A stretch of DNA of 45,039 nucleotides from Octopus sinensis (GCF_006345805.1 NW_021834807.1:1-45039), one strand, 5' to 3'. Positions 1 to 11,583 are shown, counted from the first letter of the stretch. Program-made: numbers and translations. Notes: a model not told the origin generated them from the letters alone.

Positions 1-70
1 ATCGACTTAATCCGTGTCTGTCCTTGTTTGTCCCCTCTATGTTTAGCCCCTTGTGGGCAGTAAAGAAATA
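1..70 (+). mobile_element. 3' tail of SINE family B (truncated by window edge)
   Basis: atcgacttaatcc...gtttagccccttgtggg...aaagaaata is the reverse complement of the family B tails at 6.8-7.4, 13.5, 17.6, 18.9 and 33.2 kb. Confidence 0.75.
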
Positions 71-96
71 TATACATAATATGTGGTATGTCTACA

Positions 97-1021
97 TCAT
101 CATCATCATCATTATCGTTTAACATCCACTTTCCATGCTAATATAGGTTGGACGATTTGACTGAGGACTGGCGAACCAGATGGCTGCACCAAACTCCAAT
201 TTTAATCTGGCAGATTTTCTACAGCTGGATGCCCTTCCTAACACCAACCACTCTGAGAGTGTAGTGGGTGCTTTTACGTACCAACTGCATGATGACCAGT
301 CAGGCGGTACTGGCAACGGCCACGCTCAAATAGTATTTTTTTACATGCCACCTGCACAGGAGCCAGTCCAGTGGCACTGGCAACGACCTCCATCAAATGT
401 TTTTCACGTGCCACCGGCATAAGTGCCAGTAAGGTGACGCTGGTAATGATCATGCTTGGATGGTGCTCTTAGCACTCCACTAGCACGGTGCCAGTCATCG
501 AATTTGATTTCAATTTCACTTGCCTCAACAGGTCTTCGCAAGCAGAGTTTAGTGTCCAATGAAGGAAAGGTACGCATAAGTGGGCTGGTTACACCCCTGG
601 CATAGGCCATGAGGTTATGGTCTCATTTGGCTTGCCGGGTCTTCTCAAGCACAGCATATTTCCAAAGGTCTCGGTCTTTAGTCATTACCTCGGTGAGGCC
701 TAATGTTCGAAGGTCGTGCTTCACCAGTTCATCCCAGGTCTTCCTGGGTCTACCTCTTCCACAGGTTCCCTCAACCGCTAGGGTGTGACACTTTTTCGCA
801 CAGCTATCCTCATCCATTCTTGCTACATGACCTTTCCAGCGCAGTTGTCTCTCATGCACACTACATCTGATGCTTCTCAGGTCCAACTTTTCTCTCAAGG
901 TACTTACACTCTGTTGAGTATGCACACTGACATTACACATCCATCGGATCATACTGGCTTCATTCATTGCAAGCTTACGCATGTCCTCAGCAGTCACGGC
1001 CCATGTTTCACTGCCATGCAT
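97..1021 (-). mobile_element. RTE-clade LINE 3' fragment (ORF2 C-terminus, 3' UTR, (GAT)n tail)
   Basis: ORF 623-1021 (HGSETWAVT...[10 protein letters not shown]...GRGRPRKTW...DRDLW) is a typical RTE post-RT region; trinucleotide tail at 97-115. Confidence 0.88.
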
Positions 1022-1044
1022 CCTCTTCCAAATAAATTTTATCT

Positions 1045-1182
1045 AGCTATCCATCCATCCATCCATCCTTCCATCCATCCGTCCGTCCGTCCGTCCGTCC
1101 GTCCGTCCGTCCGTCCGTCCGTCCGTCCGTCCCTCCGTCCATCCATCCATCCATCCATCCATCCATCCATCCATCCTATCCA

Positions 1183-1269
<87 letters not shown>

Positions 1270-1290
1270 TATGTATACACACATATATAG
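1045..1290. repeat. Compound microsatellite (CCAT)n(CCGT)n(CCAT)n(CTAT)n(AT)n
   Basis: Seen directly. Confidence 0.95.
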
Positions 1291-1590
1291 TGGAGGTAAA
1301 TGGCCTAGGGGTTAGAACGGCGGACTCACGGTCGAGGGGTCGCGGGTTCGAATCTCAGACCGGGCGATGTGTGTGTTTATGAGCGAAACACTTAATCTCC
1401 ACGCGGCTCCGGCAGAAGGTAATGGCAAACTTCTGCTGACTCTTTTGCCACAACTTTCTCTCACTCTTTCCTCCTGCATCTTGCAGCTCACCTGCAAAGG
1501 ACCAGCATCCTATCCAGGTGGGGAACCTATACACCAAGGAAACCAGGAAACCAGCCCTTATGAGCCAAGCATGGCTCGAGAAGGAACAAA
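1291..1590 (+). mobile_element. tRNA-headed SINE family D, copy 1
   Basis: A-box-like TGGCCTAGGGG, B-box GGTTCGAATC; homologous copy at 5445-5775. Confidence 0.8.
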
Positions 1591-1656
1591 CATATACATA
1601 TATATATATATACATATACATATACATATATTATATATATATATATATATATGTAT

Positions 1657-3930
1657 AGTACCACTGATGCTATTTTCCTGGTAAGGCAGCTGCAGGAGAA
1701 ATACCTAGCCAAAGATAGCCCCTGTACCTGGCTTTCGTTGACATGGAGAAAGCTTTGATAGGGTCCCCCGATCCCTTATCTGGTGGTCATGAGGAAACTA
1801 GGGATAGATGAATGGCTGGTGAGGACTGTGCAAGCCATGTACACAGATGCCGTAAGTAAGGTTAGGGTTGGCAACATGTACACAGAAGAATTCAAAGTAG
1901 AGGTTGGGGTCCACCAGGGTTCAGTACTCAGCCCCCTCCTATTTATCATAGTACTCCCAGGCAATTACGGAGGAATTCAAGACAGGCTGTCCCTGGGAGC
2001 TCCTCTACCACTGACGACCTTGCTCTTATTGCTGAGTCACTATCAGAACTGGAGGAGAAGTTCCAGGTGTGGAAGGAGGGTTTAGAATCAAGGACCTTAG
2101 AGTCAACCTAGCTAAAACCAAAGTACTAATAAGTAGAAAGGTAGACAATCCACAAATATCTTCAGGAAGATGGCCCTGCTCGATCTGTAGAAAGGTGTAG
2201 GTAGAAACTCTATAAGATGTACCCAGTGTAAGCTATGGACACATAAGAGGTGCAGCAATGTCAAAGGTAGGCTAACTGGGAAGATAGTTTTTGTATGTGG
2301 CAGATGCTTGGGAGCATTGACCTCCGAAAATCTGCAGAAAACAACTTCCGTCACTTTCCAGGGGGAAAACTAGAAGTAGTTGATAGCTTCCGTTATCTAG
2401 GTGACCAAGTCAGTAGTGGGGGTGGGTGCGCTGAAAGTGTAACTGCTAGAATAAGAATAGCCTGGGCAAAGTTTAGGGAGCTCTTACCTCTGCTGGTGAC
2501 TAAAGGCCTCTCGCTCAGAGTAAAAGGCAGACTGTATGATGCGTGTGTACGAACAGCCATGCTACATGGCAGCGAAACATGGGCCGTGACTGCTGAGGAC
2601 ATGCGTAAGCTCGTGAGGAATGAAGCCAGTATGCTCCGATGGATGTGTAATTTCAGTGTACATACTCGACAGAGTGTTAGCACCTTGAGAGAAATGTTGT
2701 ACCTAAGAAGCATCAGTTGTGGTGTGCAAGAGAGACGATTGCGCTGGTATGGTCATGTGGCGAGAATGGATGAAGTTAGGTGTGTGAGAAAGTGCCAATC
2801 CCTAGCAGTTGAGGGAACCCGTGGAAGGTAGACCCAGGAAAACCTGGGATGAGGTGGTGAAGCACGACCTTCGAACTTTAGGCCTCACTGAGGAAATGAC
2901 CAGCGACCGAGACCTTTGGAAATATTCTGTACGTGAGAAGACCAGGCAGGACAAGTGAGCCCAGCCCACTTATGAATGCCTTTCCTCCCTTGGACACAAA
3001 GACCTGTTGAGGCAAGCGAAGTCGATATAGAACCTCATCCGACGACAGACACCCATGCCAACCTCCCATGCTTGCGAAGACATGTTGGGGCAAGCGAAAT
3101 CGAAATCGAAACTGAATTGAACCAGCCAGGATCCCTGGCCTGGTGGTACGTAAAAAGCACTATCCGACTCGTGGCCGTGGCACGTAAAATACTCCAATGC
3201 GACCGTACGACAGGCACCCATGCCAACCCCCTTTGCTTGTGAAGACATGTTGGGGCAAGCGAAATCGAAATCGAATTGAACCAGCCAGGATCCCTGGTCT
3301 GGTGGTACGTAAAAAGCACTGTCCGACTCGTGGCCGTGGCACGTAAAATACTCCAATGCGACCGTACGACAGGCACCCATGCCAACCCCCTTTGCTTGTG
3401 AAGACATGTTGGGGCAAGCGAAATCGAAATCGAATTGAACCAGCCAGGATCCCTGGTCTGGTGGTACGTAAAAAGCACTGTCCGACTCGTGGCCGTGGCA
3501 CGTAAAATACTCCAATGCGACCGTACGACAGGCACCCATGCCAACCCCCTTTGCTGTGAAGACATGTTGGGGCAAGCGAATCGAAATCGAATTGAACCAG
3601 CCAGGATCCCTGGTCTGGTGGTACGTAAAAAGCCTATCCGACTCGTGGCCGATGCCAGCACCGCCTCGACTGGCTTCCTGCCGTGGGCACATAAAATACA
3701 CCAATCTGACCTGGCCGTTGCCAGCCCCGCCTGGCACCTTGCAGGTGGCACATAAAAAGCACCCACTACACTCACGGAGTGGTTGGGCGTTAGGAAGGGC
3801 ATCCAGCTGTAGAAACATTGCCAGATTAGACGGAGCCTGGTGCAGCCTTCTGGCTTCCCAGAACCCCGGTCGAACCGTCCAACCCATGCTAGCATGGAGA
3901 ATGGACGTAAACGACGATGATGATGATGAG
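1657..3930 (+). mobile_element. 5'-truncated, frameshifted RTE-clade LINE (RT domain through 3' UTR and (GAT)n tail)
   Basis: RT motifs FVDMEKAFDRVP, GVHQGSVLSPLLF, degraded YADD, FRYLG, then LHGSETW and LRWYGHVARM, split across frames by indels; tail gatgatgatg near 3915-3930. Confidence 0.92.
3076..3620 (+). repeat. 159-bp tandem repeat (about 3.4 copies) inside the RTE 3' UTR
   Basis: gaagacatgttggggcaagcg recurs at 3076, 3241, 3400 and 3558. Confidence 0.9.
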
Positions 3931-3999
3931 ATGATATATATCATCATCATCCCTCTCTCTCTCTTTCGGGGACGCACAAGCACCTACATGCACACATAC

Positions 4000-4160
4000 A
4001 CACACGCCAGTAACTCCCCCGCCTACCGAATCAATCACAAAGCTCCGTCCGGCTCGGGGCTATAGCGGAAGACACCTACCCAAAGTGCCACGCAGTGGGA
4101 CTGAACCGAAACCATGTAGCTAGGAAGCAAGCTCCCTAACCACACAGCCTGCCCGCGCCT
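4000..4160 (-). mobile_element. SINE family A 5' fragment (diverged)
   Basis: Reverse complement of the family A head and central domain. Confidence 0.7.
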
Positions 4161-4178
4161 ACAATATAATATTATATA

Positions 4179-4221
<43 letters not shown>

Positions 4222-4689
4222 CAATAATATACAATATATATATATATATATATACAATATATATACAATATATATATATATAATCATCATCAGACATTAA
4301 ACGATGATGATGATGATATGTATATCATCAGTAAACCATAAATGAAAAAGAGAAGCACACTCTTATAGAGCAGTAGAGTATTTAAATGTGTAAATATATA
4401 TATATAAATATATAGATGTGTGTGTGTGTGTTTGGCCCTCTGCCCCACTCACCATTTGAAATCTGATGTTGATTTATTTGCATCTCCGTGGTTCAATGGT
4501 TTGGTAAAAGAGAATGATAGAATAAGTTCTGGGCCCTGGAAAAAGTAAGTTCTGGGGTTGACTCATTTGACTAAAACCCTTCCAGGTGGTGCCTCAGCCT
4601 GGCTGCAGTCCAATGATTGAAGCAAGCAAAAGATAAAAGAATGGTAACTACTTCTTTAGTAAAGCACCCCCCCCCCCCCCAGCAGTAGC

Positions 4690-5115
4690 AGCACCACCAC
4701 CACCTCCACCACCATTACCACAACCCCTACCCCACCATTACAACCACCACCACTACCACAATCACCACCACCACCACAACTACCACCAACACTACAATCA
4801 CCACTACCAACACCACAACTACCACTACTATCACAATCACCACCACCACAACTACCACCACCACCACCACCACCACAGCAACTATCACCACTACCACCAC
4901 CACCATCACAATCACCACAACCACTACCACCAACACTGCAACCACAACCACAACTACTAATGCCACCGCAACCACCACCATCACCACCTCCATCCCCATC
5001 ACCACCACCATAACCACCACCACAACCACTACCACCACCACCACCAACACTATTACCACCATCATCATCCCCACACTACTACCTTCACCACCACCACCAC
5101 CATCATCACCACTAC
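4690..5115. repeat. (ACC)n-based low-complexity tract
   Basis: Seen directly; see the finding on a possible exon here. Confidence 0.9.
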
Positions 5116-5444
5116 CCTCCCCCCATACAAATCCCCTCGCCTCTCATCTTCACTATGGCAACTATGATTCCTCCACAAATAGCTGCAGCTCCAATTATCT
5201 CACCAAGGTAACAGAACCTATATAGACTCACATTTATGGATCTGTCGGTAAATAAATTCACACCCTGCACGTATGGACGACGCGAGGGAGGAGACGGGAG
5301 TGGTAGGTGTGTGTTGAATTAAAAATATAATTACAGGTAAACGCTGTCAGGTGTTTGCCTGGTAGGTCGGAATGATGACTGACGACTGTTGGGAAGGACA
5401 AAATGGCAATCACAATGATGTTTAATAGGTGGCGGGGGTGGGTG

Positions 5445-5775
5445 GGGAACATGACATAGTGGTTAGAGCAGCGGACTCGTAGTCGAGGGATCGCGGGTTC
5501 GAATCTCAGACCGGGCAGTGTGTATGTGTGTTTATTTATGAGTGAAATGCCTAAGCTCCACGTGGATCTGGTAGAAGGTGATGGCGAAACTTCTGCTGAC
5601 TCTTTCGCCACAGATTTCTCTCACTTTCTCCTCCTGTATCTCTAGCAGCTCACCTGAGATGGACTGGTGTCCCATCCAGGTGAGGAACCTACACGCCAAT
5701 GAACCCGGGAAACCGCCCCTTATGAGCCAAGCATGGCTTGAGCAGGAACAAACAAACAACAACAACAACAACAAT
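5445..5775 (+). mobile_element. tRNA-headed SINE family D, copy 2, with (AAC)n tail
   Basis: Aligns by eye over about 300 bp with 1291-1590. Confidence 0.8.
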
Positions 5776-5809
5776 GTTAAATAGATATTATAAGAAGAAA
5801 CATTATCAT

Positions 5810-6325
5810 ATTATTTACATTATTTACATTTGACGGATATTTTTCTTCATCTTGTTTTTGTTAACACGTTTCAGCTGATATACGCTCCAGCCCTCATCAG
5901 GTGTCTTGGGGGAAATTTTGAACTTGGGTTCTCATTCCTAAGGTACTTTTTGATGTTGTTGTCGTCGTTGTCGTCATTATTATTATTATTATTCAGGTCA
6001 CTGCTTGGAATCGAACTTGGAATCTTGTAGTAGCCTACGCTCTTAACCACCATGCCATATGCTCATGGTCATAATAATAATAATAATAATAATAATAGTA
6101 ATAATAATAATAGTAATAATAATAATAACGACAACAACAATAATAACATCGAAAAAATACCTTAACAATGAGAACCCAGGTTCAAAATTTCCCCAAGACA
6201 CCTGATGAAGGCTGGAGGGTATATCAGCCGAAATGTGTTAAAAACAAACAAGATGAGGACAAATATCTGTCGAATGTAAATAATGTAAATAATTCCTCGT
6301 CTCTTAAATATAGAACTGTATTAGG
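5810..6325. mobile_element. Penelope-like (PLE) hammerhead-bearing foldback: inverted arms around a tRNA-like head
   Basis: Minus arm about 5810-5950, (ATT)n, tRNA-like head on minus strand 5995-6070, (AAT)n, plus arm about 6150-6325. Each arm has CTGATGA-A-GGCTG..CAGCC-GAAA. Confidence 0.7.
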
Positions 6326-6804
6326 AACATTATCAGTTGAATATTGCTGAAGGTAAAATAACCCTATCTTGTAAATGTCGAGGTTATTGCCATTTGCAGC
6401 GGTGGTGGCACCCACTCGTGCCTCAGCTTGGTTCATCTGGTGCCTCCATGATGCTTAAACCTGACATGGCTCAGAAAGCCAACTCAGGAAAGGAATGGTC
6501 TTAGGCATTGATCGCATGGTAGTGTGGGTCGTGGTCTTGGCTGGAAATTCCGGGCCTTGTGTTGCCTTCTTTTTGCTTTTTCATCTGTCTTTCTCCTCTC
6601 CTCAGGCGTCATATATGGCACATAAAACTGGCACACTATCGGTTATGACAATGAGCATTCCAGTTGATCCAATCAACAGAACAGTCTACTAGTGAAATTA
6701 ACATGCAAATGGCTGAGTACTCCGCAGACAAGCACACCTTTTACCCTTAACATAATTCTCAGGGAGATTCAGCGTGACATAGAATATGACAGGGCTGGTC
6801 TATT

Positions 6805-7425
6805 CTATTCTATTCTTATTTCTTTACTACCCACAAGGTGCTAAACATAGAGGGGACAAACAAGGATAAACAAAAGGATTAAGTCGATTACATCGACCCC
6901 AGTGCGTAACTGGTACATAATTTATTGACCCCGAAAGGATGAAAGGCAAAGTCGACCTCGGCGAAATTTGAACTCAGAACGTAACGGCAGATGAAATACC
7001 TATTTCTTTACTACCCACAAGGGGCTAAACATAGAGGGGACAAACAAGGACAGACAAAGGGATTAACTCGATTACATTGACACCAGTGTGTAACTGGTAT
7101 ATAATTTATCGACCCCAAGAGGATGAAAGGCAAAGTCGACCTCAGCGGAATTTGAACTCAGGACGTAAAGACAGACGAAACACCTATTTATTTACTACCT
7201 ACAAGGGGCTAAACACAAAGGAAACAAACAAGGACAGACAAAGGGATTAAGTTGATTACATCGACATCGACCCCAGTGCATAACTGGTCCTTAATTTATC
7301 GACTCCGAAAGGGATGAAAGGCAAAGTCAACCTCGGCGAAATTTGAACTCAGAACGTAGTGACAGACGAAATACCACTAAGCATTACACCCGGCATGCTA
7401 ACATTTCTGCCAGCTCGCCGCCTTT
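6805..7425 (-). mobile_element. SINE family B, head-to-tail trimer (about 184-bp units)
   Basis: On the minus strand: tRNA-like head with B-box GAGTTCAAAT and central gcctttcatcctttcggggtcgataaa..aagtaccag, which resembles the MetaSINE domain as I recall it; junctions at 6999/7000 and 7183/7184. Confidence 0.8.
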
Positions 7426-7619
7426 GTCTATTCTATTCTGTCTCATCTCTGCCTTGTACCTGGACCTCATATCTCTTTCTCTTTGTCTGTCTGTCTCTCT
7501 TTTTTCAGGTGAGCAAGCGATGTGTTCACCTCTTCAGCAAGGCTCCTGCTCGTGTCCCTCCATCTTGGGTTCTTATCCCTCCATTCTAAACCCCAATCAG
7601 TTGAGGGGTCTTATCTTGC

Positions 7620-7830
7620 AGGTACTTGGTGGCCTCAGTTGTGCTGGTGTCATGTAAGAAGCACCCACTACACTATGTTGAGTGGTTGGTGTAAGGAAGG
7701 GCATCCAGGTGTAGAAACGGTGACAAAACAGGCATAGCACCTGGTACGGCTCTGTAGTTCATCTGTTCTTGTTGAACTGTCCAACCCATGCCAGCATGGA
7801 GAAGGGGACAATAACTGATGATGATGATGA
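7620..7830 (+). mobile_element. RTE 3'-end fragment (diverged)
   Basis: gagtggttggtgtaaggaagggcatccag...aacccatgccagcatgga followed by (GAT)n. Confidence 0.7.
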
Positions 7831-8110
7831 TTATGATATGATGATGATATGATGATAATGATGATGATGATATGATGATGATTATGATGATGATGATGAT
7901 TGTTATGATGGTTATGCTGACGACGATGATGATGATTATGATATGGATGATTTTGATGATGATGATATGATGATGATGATGATGATGGTGATGGTTATGA
8001 TGATGGTTATGCTGATGATGATGATGATTATGATATGATGATATGATGATGATGAAGATGAGGATGATGATGATGATGAGGATGATGATATGATGATGAT
8101 GATGATGCAT
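7815..8110. repeat. (GAT)n low-complexity tract
   Basis: Seen directly. Confidence 0.95.
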
Positions 8111-8739
8111 ATGTGCCTTTATGTCTGTGTTTGTCCCATCCAACCCTGCTTGACAATCAAGGTCGATTTGTTTGTGTCTCTGTAACTTAGCAGTTCAACA
8201 AAAGAGACCACTAGAATAAATACCCCACTATAAAGAAAAAAAAACAGCAAAAAAACAAACCCAAAAGTACTTGGGGTGGGTGGGTGGATTCATCCCACTA
8301 ATATCTTTCAAGGTGGTGCTCCAGCATGGCTACTGACCGATGACTGAAACAAACAACAGATTAAAAAATAAAATGGCTTTTGTTGTTGTTTGATGATAAA
8401 GAGAAAATGTTTATCAATTGTTTAAGTCCTAAATACATTTGATGTCTTCATTGATTGTCTTTCTTGTTGGAGATTGTTTAGTTTCCTGATGAGCTTGGTG
8501 AAGGATGTAGGTGTTGTTTGCTAATGTTATCTCTTGTCATATATGAATGTCTTGTTTACTAATGTTTTTCTTGTCGTGTTTTGTTTCGTGTTGTGTCGTG
8601 GAGTCCATTACAATTAGAAAATTATGCGTTGCTTAATGAATTAGGGAAAAAACTTTAATTAAAAACATAGCTAAAATCTAGAAAAACAGTTATGTTTTCA
8701 ATATTTCTCTTTCTCTCTGTCTCTTGCTGTCTCTGTCTG

Positions 8740-8859
8740 TCTGTCTCTCTCTTGAATACATATTTACATATTTACACACACACACACACACTTATGCACA
8801 CACACTTACACACACATACACACACGGATTCACTCACATGCTCATGCTCACACAAACAT

Positions 8860-8890
<31 letters not shown>

Positions 8891-9115
8891 TACTTATGCA
8901 CACTCACACATGCATGCACACATACACACAAATGCACACACAAACACTTAAATATATATGCAGAAACACACACCCATAAACTCTCACACGAACACAAACA
9001 GACACTCTCACACATGCACAAAGCCACACGTACACACACACAAACTCATGCATGCTTGCACACACACAAACGCTCACAAACACACTCACAAACATGCAAG
9101 CACACACACGACATA
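8740..9115. repeat. Degenerate (CA)n tract
   Basis: Seen directly. Confidence 0.95.
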
Positions 9116-9361
9116 TATTTTCAGAATCGTATACACGTGATACAAGTTTTAATCCCATGTCGAATGGTGAAACTGAAACTATTCCACAATGGTGGAGTCA
9201 TGATTATTGGTTGTATCTCGCAGAAAATCAATCATCTTTTATTGTTTACTTGTTGTCATCATTGTTGTTGTCGTCGTCATCGCCCTCCTCCTCTTCCTCT
9301 CTCCTCCTCCTCCTCATCATCATCATCATTGCCATCATTGCCATCATTATTAACATCACTC

Positions 9362-9595
9362 TTAAGGTTGGCGATTTGGCAGAATCATTAGTATGTTGGG
9401 TGAAAGATCTAGCGGTGTTTTGTCCGTCTTTATGTTCTGCGTTTGAATTCCGTTGAAGTCGACTTTGCCTTTCATTCTTTTGGGGTTGATAAATCAAGTA
9501 CCAGTTGCATACTGGGGTCAATCTGATCAACTGACTCCCTCCCCCAAATTTTTGAGCCTTATACCTAGAGTAGAAAAGATTATTATTATTATTGG
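9362..9595 (+). mobile_element. SINE family B, diverged copy with (ATT)n tail
   Basis: gtcgactttgcctttcattcttttggggttgataaatcaagtaccag central domain. Confidence 0.7.
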
Positions 9596-10020
9596 GTGAG
9601 AGAGCAGTTCATGCCATCAAAGTGATACTGGGGTAAAATATACGAAACCCAGTATACCCATCAAGACTACCTGTCTGATAAGGGTACACTAGGCACATGC
9701 ATCACAACCATATGTGCGCGACATTATTAACCTCATATCAAAATTAACAGTGCATGACCTTGCAGGTGGGGCCCAGTTAGAATTTCCTTCAGGTTGAGTA
9801 GCCCATCACGCTCAAGATGGCCCTGAATAAGGGTTGTTTAAGGATGTTGAACAAAACACCCATGTTTCCAAAGGTGAATTCTCCAAACCCCAAAGAATTC
9901 CTCTCAACACATGGCTATGATGCTCTCCCACTACTTCTGCTCGTGATCAGAGATGCACATATCATCAGCCACTAAGGGACATGCCCAACTGGTTAAGGTC
10001 AAGCAAATGACAAGCATAAC
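9590..10020 (-). mobile_element. Unclassified interspersed repeat with (AAT)n tail
   Basis: Non-coding block ending in a trinucleotide tail; resembles a retroposon 3' end; only one copy here. Confidence 0.35.
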
Positions 10021-10189
10021 TGCCTGATTTGGCAGGGTTTCTACGGCTGAGGATCAGTTAACAATGATTTTATTCAACATATTCCCCTCTCAGATTCACA
10101 CACTTATTGCAGTGGTCTTTCAGTTTTTCTAAGCCCTGTAAAAGAACTTAGAAGTTTGGGCCACCAACCAAGCCTTTTGTGATACCCTT

Positions 10190-10192
10190 AAA

Positions 10193-10234
<42 letters not shown>

Positions 10235-10613
10235 TAATAATAATGAAATTATTGTATACAGTGCTCAGGTGCACCACAGCTTGTCAAAAGTGCAAATAAA
10301 GTATATGCAGTAATGTACAAATGTCTGGAAAGCGAACAGTGTATGAGTCAGGTACATGCTTGCGTGTGAATGGCGGGGAGAAAATCAGGTGTAGTGTTGG
10401 CGAATCTCAGGAAGCATGGAAGTTTTGAAGGATGCAGTGCTCCTACAACTAACAACTGATGCCGGCAGTTTGTTCCATGCTTCAGCAACTCTGAGTGTGA
10501 AAAAATGTTTCCGAAAGTCATGGGAGCTGTGCTGTTTTCTGACTTTGTAAACATGTCCACGGGTGTTAGACAGGTGGAGTTTGAAAAGGTGCTCAGAGTT
10601 ATTGTTTGTATGA
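10190..10613 (-). mobile_element. CR1-clade LINE 3' end
   Basis: Minus strand reads SEHLFKLHLSNTRGHVYKVRKQHSSHDFRKHFFTLRVAEAWNKLPASVVSCRSTASFKT, the CR1 C-terminal signature (TRGH..K...R..FF..RV...WN.LP..VV...FK); (ATT)n tail. Confidence 0.85.
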
Positions 10614-11583
10614 TCATCATCATCATCATCGTCGTTTAACGTCCGTTCTCCATGCTAGCATGGGTTGGACGGTTCGACCGGGGTTCTGGGAAGCCAGAAG
10701 GCTGCACCAGGCTCCAGTCTAATTTGGCAATGTTTCTACAGCTGGATGCCCTCCTAACGCCAACCACTCCGTGAGTGTAGTGGGTGCTTTTTACGTGCCA
10801 CCTGCACAGGTGCCAGGCGGGGCTGGCAACGGCCACGGTCAGATTGGTGTATTTTATGTGCCACCGGCACGGAAGCCAGTCGAGGCGGTGCTGGCATCGG
10901 CCACGAGTCGGATAGTGCTTTTTACGTACCACCAGACCAGGGATCCTGGCTGGTTCAATTCGATTTCGATTTCGCTTGCCCCAACATGTCTTCAAAGCAA
11001 AGGGGGTTGGCAAGGGTGCCTGTCGTACGGTTGCATTGGAGTATTTTACGTGCCACGGCCACGAGTCGGATAGTGCTTTTTACGTACCACCAGACCAGGG
11101 GTCCTGGCTGGTTCAATTCGATTTCGATTTCGCTTGCCCCAACATGTCTTCACAAGCAAAGGGGGTTGGCATGGGTGCCTGTCGTACGGTCGCATTGGAG
11201 TATTTTACGTGCCACGGCCCCGAGTCGGATAGTGCTTTTTACGTACCACCAGGCCAGGGATCCTGGCTGGTTCAATTCGGTTTCGATTTCGATTTCGATT
11301 CGCTTGCCCCAACATGTCTTCACAAGCATGGGGGGTTGGGATGGTGTCTGTCGTCGGATGAGGTTCTATATCGACTTCGCTTGCCTCAACCGGTCTTTGT
11401 GTCCAAGGGAGGAAAGGCATTCATAAGTGGGCTGGGCTCACTTGTCCTGCCTGGTCTTCTCACGTACAGAATATTTCCAAAGGTCTCGGTCTCTGGTCAT
11501 TTCCTCAGTGAGGCCTAAAGTTCGAAGGTCGTGCTTCACCACCTCGTCCCAGGTTTTCCTGGGTCTACCTCTTCCACGGGTTC
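10614..11583 (-). mobile_element. RTE LINE 3' fragment inserted into the CR1; near-identical to 2815-3930
   Basis: Same ORF end (RGRPRKTWDEVVKHDLRTLGLTEEMT.DRDLWKY), same 159-bp UTR repeat and (GAT)n tail, opposite strand. Confidence 0.9.

Noticed and set aside
1291-1360. tRNA-like sequences (also 5450, 5995-6070, 44395-44470 and family A/B heads)
   Set aside because: A/B boxes are present but the cloverleaf is broken and they continue into repeat bodies; these are SINE heads, not tRNA genes.
2970-3983. 337-aa ORF with 53-aa repeats (and 10976-11518)
   Set aside because: Antisense reading of the 159-bp VNTR in the RTE 3' UTR; no domain signature.
9920-9990. CTGATGA on the minus strand of the 9.6-10.0 kb repeat as a hammerhead
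   Set aside because: Followed by GAAG rather than GAAA, and no complementary stem I.
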